A stretch of DNA of 64,000 nucleotides from Chloroflexota bacterium (GTDB taxonomy: Bacteria; Chloroflexota; Dehalococcoidia; E44-bin15), in contig DAOUOW010000002.1 in NCBI GenBank assembly GCA_030626475.1, forward strand, positions 454 to 64,453, read 5' to 3'. A program made the position numbers and the translations under genes. This document shows positions 51,738 to 59,496 of the stretch, piece after piece. Positions within the stretch are counted from its first letter, which is position 1, and each line of letters begins with the position of its first letter. Below the pieces are notes generated by a model. It did not search any database, was not told the origin of the DNA, and saw only the letters and a program-made list of their open reading frames with translations.

Positions 51738-54700
51738 ATCCTCAGCGCAGCCCGGTTACCAATTTTCTCATCAGAGCGCTCCCCTTTTTGATAATCTCGA
51801 CCGTCTCATTAATAGCCCTGCACCGTGTGCTGTTCACCCCGGGCCTGATATTGTATGGCGACTTCGTCTCCACCTTTGATGTCAAGCTGAGCTTGGTTAA
51901 TTCTTATCCCCTATGGAATAGTTACGGTAGTTACCCGGTACCTGCTGATAATGCACTCTGGTTCTTCGGTCCCGCTGCTGCCATCGCCTCAGCCCTGCAA
52001 ATCCCGGCAGAATGGTTTTACAAATTGCTTATCCTCGGCATCATGCTCCTCACCGGCTTATCGATGTATTATGCTGCCAATATCTTGATCAAACAGGTGG
52101 TCAAAGGCTGGTGGATTGCGTTTACCGGTGCTATCATTGCTGCCCTAGTTTACATGTTTAATCCCTGGGTGCTGCCTCACATAACTCATATTCCGCTGTG
52201 GGTAGGCTATGCCCTTTCTCCTTTGGTCTTAATCTGCTTTATGAAAGCATTGAAAAGTGGAAGGTTTATTTATGTCATCGCCACCGCTTTCCTATGGTCT
52301 GTTGCCTCTGTCGATCCCCGTTACATTGTTTTTTCCGGGATCCTGATATTAAGCTGGTTGGCATTTTCCCTTCTCGGCCAGTTCAAGGCAGGCGATAAAT
52401 CAACTGCGCTAAGCTATATCAAGATAACAGCGCTAGTAGTAGCGCTTTACATACCATTCAACGCCTTTTGGATTCTCCCCCATGCAGCCACTGGGCAGAT
52501 AACCCCTCTCTACCAAATATCAACTGAGGATATCATCGACATCAGCAGAAATAGCAGTTTAATCAATGTAATCAGATTTATGGGGTTCTGGGGGCCCTGG
52601 GGGACAGGGGCAAAATTCTATGAGCCTGCTTCCCAGTCACTATATTACCCCTGGCTAGCAAGTAGTTTTATCGTTCCGCTGTTCGCCTTCGCCTCCCTGA
52701 TATTTAGGCCCAACAATAACGGTGGGTTGAAGTATGCTTCATACTTCTCGCTAATGTGTATCCCGCTCATATTCTTAGGCATGGGAACCCAGAGCCCCTT
52801 CCCCTCAGTTTACAACTGGTTGGTCTTCGATATCCCCTTTTTCTCCGAGAGACTTGGCTGGATATTTCGCGAACCCGACAAATGGGTAGGTTTATTAGCC
52901 CTGATGCTCTGTTTCTTAATCGCGTTGACCATTGCCGGGATATTTAGTAACGGATGGAAAATCTCAAACCCAGCTTCGGGGGCACTTCGGAGGGGACGAA
53001 AAAAACTGAGCTCAATATTGGTGAAAGGGACACTCATAGCAATGACATTGCTTTTCGTCTTGTCATTTGCCCTGTTTGTCGCCCCGGCGGATAGCCATTT
53101 CTTCGCTGGTTTTCTCGTTCCCCACAAGGTGCCACAGGAGTATTATGACACAAATGACTGGTTAGCGAGTCAAGATGGCGACTTTAAGGTAATGTACCTG
53201 CCTCAAATTCCAGGGCCTACTGAATGGGGCCCTCAAGACCTGAGTCGAATGTTTCTCCCTTGGTCGATCACTGCTAAGACGACCATCGTAGGCGATCCTT
53301 TTACTGCACCTTCTGTGGATTATTTCTATAACTACATCTATTACGACTCCTTGTTAGAAAACGAGACGGTCAATTTCGGTAAGTATCTCGCCCCCCTTAA
53401 TAAGCGCTATCTAATAATCCACGATGATACCACTTGGTCTTGGGAAAAGGAAAAGGTGGATACTGCTATCGACAAACTTAAGAATCAAAATGACCTGTCA
53501 TTCTTGGGGCAGAACGGCTTTGTCTATATATTTGAGAATGAAAATTATGCACCATATATCTTTGTACCCTCCCAGAACTTCCTCGTTTCCGGTGGTGTAG
53601 ACATGATGACTCCACTTAATGCCATCGAGGCATTCGATCCCAATACCACCGGGCTACTTTACTTGGACCACGCATTCTCCGACGGCTATCCCAACGCTGA
53701 TGGGGTAGTTCTCAGCCGAATAAACGGTATGAATGATGTTGCCCTGTCTCAAGTAGCTGACCGGTATCTCATAGTCCCGTTTGGATACACAGATCGTTTT
53801 CTCCCCAGCTATGTTTGGTCTAAGGTACGCCTGGTTAATTGGCATTGGTTTTGGGGAAGACAGCCTATTGCATCTGAGTCCTGGGACCTTGAATACGGAA
53901 AAGGGTTTGTAACCAATGTTGACCTTAGACCCACTACAGAACCGGTTCCCCCCCGCCACATAGAGACAGGCGACGCTGGAGAGTGGCGTACGGTGACTTC
54001 CAGCCCAAACGACCACGTCAATATAAGCTCAGACGGTGAAAGTTTGATCCTAGATTACACCTTCGACAATGAAGACTCGCTTTGCATCTATGCCATGACT
54101 GAATTTGAGAAAGAAAACTGGGAGTCTTACGATACTCGCTCCATGTGGGTCTATGGCGATGGCAGTGGGAATCGGCTCGGTTTGTGGTATCGGCAGACGC
54201 ATCCCGATGGCACCACCAAGTGGTATGGCACAGGAGAATGCATCCTAGATTGGGTGGGGTGGAAGGAAGTCTCTGACACCATCCCTGAGGTGCTAAGGGT
54301 CAGGGCCAGTGGTTTTCAGATAGCCCTGTCCTGGGACATAAACAAGTCTCAAGCTGGCCTGGGCTCACATAGAATTATGGTTAAGGATATAGTTTTGAAA
54401 GATGAAAGGGATGTCGGGTCATCGTCCCGGCGCAGGCTTGACATCCCGGTGGAGATCGAAGAGAGCGGCCCATATCGGTTATACGCTCGGGTGCTGGAGA
54501 GCGCTTACGGTGGGGAACTCTCGATATTGCTGGAAGGGCAAAAGATAGCCAGCGTGAACACCAAGGCGAGGGAAAGCAATTTTGTCTGGAAGGACCTGGG
54601 CGTAGGTATTTTGAACAAGGGCACCGTTCACCTAACCCTGGAAAATTCCCTAGGCCTTAACGCGGTCAATGTCTTGGCACTCATTCCCGAGGACGTGGCA

Positions 54701-56020
54701 CAGGGGTATTTTGATAGCGCGTATCAATTTCTGGAGGGGAAAAGAACCATCCACATCTGGGAAGGTAAGCTTGTCGCTCCTCGAATAATAGAAACGGGCG
54801 AGATTGCAGGGCAAGTATCTCCTCGCTCGATAGCGACAGGCGGCATTGGGTCCTGGCAAACAACGCACAACACTGAGAATGAGGACATCAATATAAGCTC
54901 AGACGGTCAGAGCCTGGTGATAGATTACTCCTTCGCCAATGAAAGCTCGCTTTCTGCCTATGCCCGAGCTGAATTTGAGCCAGAGGATTGGACAAATTAC
55001 AACACTCTCTCTCTTTCGGTCTATGGCGATGGCAGTGGGAATTACCTCAATTTCTGGTATTACCAGGTGAACCCTGATGGTTCCCGCACGTGGAAGGCCA
55101 TTGGATACCGCACTTTGAATTGGACGGGATGGAAGGAACTCTCCTTCAGCTTGCCTCAACTGCCCAGAGACAAGGTCGAGCATTTTATGATAGCCCTGTC
55201 CTGGGACATAAATAAATCTCAAGCTGGCCTCGGCTCTCATCAGATCAAGGTTAAGGATATCGTAATTTCACTCTGGCCTCCAGAGGCGGCAACCACCAGC
55301 ATCGATATATTGAAAGACTCCCACTATAGAATTGGGGTTCTGGCTCCGATGGGTCCGGCCTCGCAGCCGATAACATTAAGAGTAAATGACCAAGAGGTTG
55401 AGATAGACCTAGCCAGTGATGAGGAAGGGCTGAAATGGGCCTATTCGGAGCCGATATTCCTTTACACAGGGGAGCATGAGCTGGAGGTATACAAGGGTGA
55501 TGCGGCGATCGACAGGCTCATAATTTTCTCCACCAACAGCGAAGAGACACTGGACGATATTTTCCAGGCAGGCAACAGCCCGGCCACCGTCGCCTCCTGG
55601 GAGGAAATAAGTGCAACAAAATATGTTGTCCATGTCGATGCTCAGAGCCCGTTTATGCTGGCCTTTGCTGAGGCCCATAACTCCCACTGGGTGGCAAAGG
55701 TAAACGGGAAGGAATACAAAAGCCAGCCGCTTTACGCAGTGATAAATGGGTTCTGGATAGATGAGACCGGGGAGCTGGAGATAACCATAGAGTACAAACC
55801 CCAGCGGTGGTTCGACTATGGGGCTATCATCTCGATGGTTTCATTGCTCGGCGCATTTGCTTTTGTGGTATGGGATTGGAGGTTGAAGAGGGATCAAAGA
55901 ATGCGATCTAGGTTCCGGAGGTGGTTCAGCTACGGCGCTACCAACACTGTGGCCATCATGCGCGGCGCATCGGCTCTTGTAGCAAGGTATTGGAGGCGGA
56001 GGAAAGGTGAAGGTATGTAG
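51734..56020 (+). CDS. Giant polytopic GT-C-like glycosyltransferase candidate (AftD/YfhO-like architecture) with a duplicated extracytoplasmic beta-sandwich module
   Basis: 1428 aa. It has ~13 N-terminal TM helices with an acidic first loop (LYGDFVSTFD), a large soluble region containing two ~290-aa repeat units, and a terminal TM helix. The N- and C-terminal parts are paralogous to ORF 59497..61590. Confidence 0.7.
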   Translation: MNPQRSPVTNFLIRALPFLIISTVSLIALHRVLFTPGLILYGDFVSTFDVKLSLVNSYPLWNSYGSYPVPADNALWFFGPAAAIASALQIPAEWFYKLLILGIMLLTGLSMYYAANILIKQVVKGWWIAFTGAIIAALVYMFNPWVLPHITHIPLWVGYALSPLVLICFMKALKSGRFIYVIATAFLWSVASVDPRYIVFSGILILSWLAFSLLGQFKAGDKSTALSYIKITALVVALYIPFNAFWILPHAATGQITPLYQISTEDIIDISRNSSLINVIRFMGFWGPWGTGAKFYEPASQSLYYPWLASSFIVPLFAFASLIFRPNNNGGLKYASYFSLMCIPLIFLGMGTQSPFPSVYNWLVFDIPFFSERLGWIFREPDKWVGLLALMLCFLIALTIAGIFSNGWKISNPASGALRRGRKKLSSILVKGTLIAMTLLFVLSFALFVAPADSHFFAGFLVPHKVPQEYYDTNDWLASQDGDFKVMYLPQIPGPTEWGPQDLSRMFLPWSITAKTTIVGDPFTAPSVDYFYNYIYYDSLLENETVNFGKYLAPLNKRYLIIHDDTTWSWEKEKVDTAIDKLKNQNDLSFLGQNGFVYIFENENYAPYIFVPSQNFLVSGGVDMMTPLNAIEAFDPNTTGLLYLDHAFSDGYPNADGVVLSRINGMNDVALSQVADRYLIVPFGYTDRFLPSYVWSKVRLVNWHWFWGRQPIASESWDLEYGKGFVTNVDLRPTTEPVPPRHIETGDAGEWRTVTSSPNDHVNISSDGESLILDYTFDNEDSLCIYAMTEFEKENWESYDTRSMWVYGDGSGNRLGLWYRQTHPDGTTKWYGTGECILDWVGWKEVSDTIPEVLRVRASGFQIALSWDINKSQAGLGSHRIMVKDIVLKDERDVGSSSRRRLDIPVEIEESGPYRLYARVLESAYGGELSILLEGQKIASVNTKARESNFVWKDLGVGILNKGTVHLTLENSLGLNAVNVLALIPEDVAQGYFDSAYQFLEGKRTIHIWEGKLVAPRIIETGEIAGQVSPRSIATGGIGSWQTTHNTENEDINISSDGQSLVIDYSFANESSLSAYARAEFEPEDWTNYNTLSLSVYGDGSGNYLNFWYYQVNPDGSRTWKAIGYRTLNWTGWKELSFSLPQLPRDKVEHFMIALSWDINKSQAGLGSHQIKVKDIVISLWPPEAATTSIDILKDSHYRIGVLAPMGPASQPITLRVNDQEVEIDLASDEEGLKWAYSEPIFLYTGEHELEVYKGDAAIDRLIIFSTNSEETLDDIFQAGNSPATVASWEEISATKYVVHVDAQSPFMLAFAEAHNSHWVAKVNGKEYKSQPLYAVINGFWIDETGELEITIEYKPQRWFDYGAIISMVSLLGAFAFVVWDWRLKRDQRMRSRFRRWFSYGATNTVAIMRGASALVARYWRRRKGEGM
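53951..55268 (+). repeat. Internal tandem duplication inside the giant GT-C gene (units starting ~53951 and ~54778)
   Basis: Shared blocks INISSDG(E/Q)SL..DY.F and IALSWDINKSQAGLGSH.I.VKDIV. A 24-nt stretch, gatagccctgtcctgggacataaa, is identical in both copies. Confidence 0.8.
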
Positions 56021-56035
56021 TCCTGGGGGTGCGAT

Positions 56036-56329
56036 ATGTCTGTTATAGGGGTGATAGTCTTGGCCGCCTTCGCCATATGTACCATCCTTTTTGCCCTCCT
56101 GCGACTCGATTCGAGGATAATCGCAGGCTCAGTCCTGGTCCTGCTGGTTGTCACGGTGATAGCCGTCGCCATGGGGTGGGAGGATGTGGCACAGGGAGTG
56201 GTACTGTATGCCTATGGCTTACTGATCTCGGCAGTGGTTGTCCTGACAGTCGAATATCTCAGGGGGGAGCCAGAAAAGCGCGTAGAGGGGAGACGCGAGC
56301 AGACTCAAGGGGAGCCCGATCATAAATAA
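56036..56329 (+). CDS. Small membrane protein (about 3 TM helices)
   Basis: 97 aa: hydrophobic helices followed by a charged tail, EPEKRVEGRREQTQGEPDHK. Confidence 0.5.
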   Translation: MSVIGVIVLAAFAICTILFALLRLDSRIIAGSVLVLLVVTVIAVAMGWEDVAQGVVLYAYGLLISAVVVLTVEYLRGEPEKRVEGRREQTQGEPDHK

Positions 56330-56343
56330 AGGAGGTAGAAACA

Positions 56344-57396
56344 ATGAAGGTTTTGATAACAGGAGGCTGTGGGTTTATAGGTTCTCACGTCTGTGAATAT
56401 TACATCGAAAAGGGGGCTGACGTTATCGCCTATGACAATATGACGAAACATGAACTTACGCGCACAGGTTATGCCGCAGATGCTGCCCGGGATTATAATT
56501 GGCAGTTCTTAAAGAAATTGGGAGTTACCCTGATTAATGGGGATGTGCGCGATTTCGATGCGCTGGTCAAAGCTGCCAAGGGTTGTGATTTCATAATTCA
56601 TACCGCAGCCCAGCCAGCTATGACCATCAGCATGGAATCGCCGGGTCTTGATTTCTCAACCAATGTTCTGGGCGGCTTTAATGTCTTGGAGGCGGCAAGA
56701 AAGTTGGAAATACCTGTGGTTAACTGTGCCACCATTCATGTCTATGGAAATAGAATCAATGAGACCCTTGGCGAGGAAGATACCAGATATACCCGTAGCC
56801 CGGTAGCGATTGATGAAAATCATCCCACGGTAGAAGGGACACTTACCCCATTACATGCCTCCAAGAGGGCTGTTGACCTCTATGTGCAAGCTTATATAGA
56901 CACTTATGGGCTACAAGCGGCGAGCTTCCGTCTCACGGGTCTCTATGGAACCCGCCAATTTGGTGGGGAAGACCACGGTTGGGTTGCTAATTTCGTTATT
57001 CGGGCTATCGCAGGGTTGCCGATCACGATTTACGGCACAGGGAAGCAGTTGAGGGATATTTTATATGCCTCTGACGTTGCCCGAGCATTTGACGCCTTCT
57101 ATAAAACAAGGAAGCCAGGCATCTACAACATCGGGGGAGGAGTAGAGCATGCTATTTCCCTTTTGGAATGCATTGAGCTGATAAGGGAGATAACAGGGCA
57201 GGAGCTGGTAGTCAAACATGGTCCCCCTCGGTTGGGAGACCTGCTCTACTTTGTCTGTGATATCGCCAAAGCGAAGCGGGAATTGGGATGGGAGCCCAAA
57301 GTCTCGAATAGGGAAGGCGTATCCCGCTTAATCGAATGGGTGAAAGAGAATGAGGCCATTTTCCGCAGAGCCTCAACTTCGGCGTCTGTGGGGTAG
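56344..57396 (+). CDS. NAD-dependent sugar epimerase (CDP-paratose/tyvelose 2-epimerase-like SDR)
   Basis: MKVLITGGCGFIGSH, IIHTAAQPAMTISMESP and a pre-YxxxK region. The overall N-terminal pattern resembles RfbE-type epimerases. Confidence 0.75.
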   Translation: MKVLITGGCGFIGSHVCEYYIEKGADVIAYDNMTKHELTRTGYAADAARDYNWQFLKKLGVTLINGDVRDFDALVKAAKGCDFIIHTAAQPAMTISMESPGLDFSTNVLGGFNVLEAARKLEIPVVNCATIHVYGNRINETLGEEDTRYTRSPVAIDENHPTVEGTLTPLHASKRAVDLYVQAYIDTYGLQAASFRLTGLYGTRQFGGEDHGWVANFVIRAIAGLPITIYGTGKQLRDILYASDVARAFDAFYKTRKPGIYNIGGGVEHAISLLECIELIREITGQELVVKHGPPRLGDLLYFVCDIAKAKRELGWEPKVSNREGVSRLIEWVKENEAIFRRASTSASVG

Positions 57397-57407
57397 GAGA
57401 ATTAAGC

Positions 57408-58184
57408 ATGAACCGGATCAGGCTCGGGATCATCCCAGCGGCAGGAAAGGCGACAAGGATGGGCTATCTGGGCCAGATTCTGCCCAAATGCCTCTTCCCT
57501 GTCTATGACAAGCCAATCATTCATCATGTTCTGGAGACCATGAGGACGGTTGGCGTGGAACAGGTCTATGTGATTGTAAATTATCACAAGGACAAAATAA
57601 TGGAGTACCTGGGGCAGTTGGAGCACGAAATCGGCGTCGGCATAGAATTTGTAATTCAACCAAGGCTTTCAGGGATAGCCGACGCCATAATGCTGACCAG
57701 CAAGTTCATCGAAGAACCGTTCATGGTGATACTGGGAGACGACTGCACCATGACCCGATCCCTGGCCAGCATCACTCGCTCTTTCTTTGAGCATGATGCT
57801 GTCGTTGTTGAGGGGGTGGTTAGGGAGGATAACATAGACATACTAAGGTCCACCTGCTGCCTGAGGTTGGACAAGGATAAGCGGATCGTGAACATCGAGG
57901 AGAAGCCCCAGGAGCCGCTCTCAAATTTGAGGGGGTGCGGCATTTATGCTTTCCACAGCGACATCTTCAAATATATCGAGAAGACCCCGCCCTCACTGCT
58001 GAGAAAAGAATCCGAGATTACAGAGGCTATCGCCCTGGTGGCCAAGGATGGGAAGGCCTACGGCGAGTTTATCAACGGGGTAAACATCAACATCAATTCC
58101 TATGAAGACCTCCTCCAGGCCTCCCTGCTGGCGAAGAAATTCAGGCTCGGTGTTGTTGAAGACCTGACAGTGAAGGTGGGGTAG
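57408..58184 (+). CDS. Sugar-phosphate nucleotidyltransferase (candidate heptose-1-phosphate guanylyltransferase, HddC-like)
   Basis: GIIPAAGKATRMG (G-x-G-T-R-x signature) and LGDD. The HddC role is assigned by context with gmhA, hddA and gmhB. Confidence 0.75.
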   Translation: MNRIRLGIIPAAGKATRMGYLGQILPKCLFPVYDKPIIHHVLETMRTVGVEQVYVIVNYHKDKIMEYLGQLEHEIGVGIEFVIQPRLSGIADAIMLTSKFIEEPFMVILGDDCTMTRSLASITRSFFEHDAVVVEGVVREDNIDILRSTCCLRLDKDKRIVNIEEKPQEPLSNLRGCGIYAFHSDIFKYIEKTPPSLLRKESEITEAIALVAKDGKAYGEFINGVNININSYEDLLQASLLAKKFRLGVVEDLTVKVG

Positions 58185-58185
58185 G

Positions 58186-59487
58186 GTGAAAATCTGCTAT
58201 GCCACAGATCATCTGCCGGGTTATCATCGCATCTGGGGTGGCGCGGAGCAGGCGTGCTACAGACTGGCTAAACTTTTGACCAGGAATGGTCATGAGCTGG
58301 CTGTGCTGTCAACAAAGCCACTAAAGAAGCCTGAAGAGGACTTCGATTTCTTCCAGATACCGGTGTTTGAAGACCTTCTCCCCCAAAGGGCACGTTACCT
58401 CATAAGACAGATAAAGACCGCCTTTATCCCCTACGACCCCATCTCCCATATCTTCTGCCACCGGCTTCTGAAGCGGATTAAGCCCGATGTTCTGCACCTG
58501 CATAACTTCTATTCCCTATCTCTGGCGCTAGTTTGGAGCGCCCACAGGTTGGGGATCCCGATGGTATGCTCTATCTATGATTATGGGGCTATCTGCCCCA
58601 TGGGGCATTTGTGGCTGCTGAAGGATTACGCCACCTATGAAGGAACCCCTTGCCGAAAATTCCACGGCCCTCACTGCTTCGATTGTCTCAGTTCATACCG
58701 CAAACCGGGGCCTTTTCTCAGGTTCCTCCTCTTCCCTCTCTTATCTTTGAGAAAAAGGGTCTATGACTTCTTCCTTAGGAGGATTGATTGTTTTGCTGTT
58801 TTATCGCCATCCAACGCCACGGTTCTAATGGAGTATGGCATTGAAGAGGAGAAGACCTTCGTTATCCCGATACCGCTATCAGATAAGATCGAGGCTCAGC
58901 CTGTCGAACAGGACTCCATCCTTTATGTGGGGTGGATTCAGCCAAGGAAGGGGCCGCACATTGTTGTCGAGGCCATGCCTCAGATATTGAACCGGATACC
59001 CAATGCTAAGCTATATCTCATCGGGGAGCAAAGGTCAAACAAAGAGTACCAAAGAAGGATGGCAGCCTTGCTAAACCGGCAGGGGTTAGAGGGGCATGTC
59101 TTCCTCCTTGGGCGTAGACCCTATCACGAGGTGAGGGATTTTATGCAAAAAGCTAACGTGGTGGTGATACCAGAACAATGGGAAACCATTCCCCCCAATG
59201 CGCTAACCGAGAGTCTGGTTTTGGGCAAGGCATTGGTGGCATCGAGAATAGGGGGCGTCCTCGATTTCATCAGGGACGGCGAGAATGGTCTCATGGCTGG
59301 CGCCAGTGAGCCAGCCGATTTCGCCGAAAAAATAGTTTCCATATTGGAAGATGAGGCTTTGATGGAGAGATTATGTAAAGGGGCGGCGGCGACAGGGCAC
59401 GACCTCTTTTCTGAAGATAGTGTTTATCGCCGATTATTGAATCTTTATCACTCGGTTCAAGGGGCCAAGAATCCGGCACACATGTAG
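58186..59487 (+). CDS. GT4 (GT-B) glycosyltransferase with a Cys/His-rich insertion
   Basis: C-terminal GT-B motifs (VVIPEQWETIPPNALTESLVLGKALVASRIGG...GENGLM). The insert is CPMGH...CRKFHGPHCFDC. Confidence 0.8.
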   Translation: MKICYATDHLPGYHRIWGGAEQACYRLAKLLTRNGHELAVLSTKPLKKPEEDFDFFQIPVFEDLLPQRARYLIRQIKTAFIPYDPISHIFCHRLLKRIKPDVLHLHNFYSLSLALVWSAHRLGIPMVCSIYDYGAICPMGHLWLLKDYATYEGTPCRKFHGPHCFDCLSSYRKPGPFLRFLLFPLLSLRKRVYDFFLRRIDCFAVLSPSNATVLMEYGIEEEKTFVIPIPLSDKIEAQPVEQDSILYVGWIQPRKGPHIVVEAMPQILNRIPNAKLYLIGEQRSNKEYQRRMAALLNRQGLEGHVFLLGRRPYHEVRDFMQKANVVVIPEQWETIPPNALTESLVLGKALVASRIGGVLDFIRDGENGLMAGASEPADFAEKIVSILEDEALMERLCKGAAATGHDLFSEDSVYRRLLNLYHSVQGAKNPAHM

Positions 59488-59496
59488 AGAGAGGAC

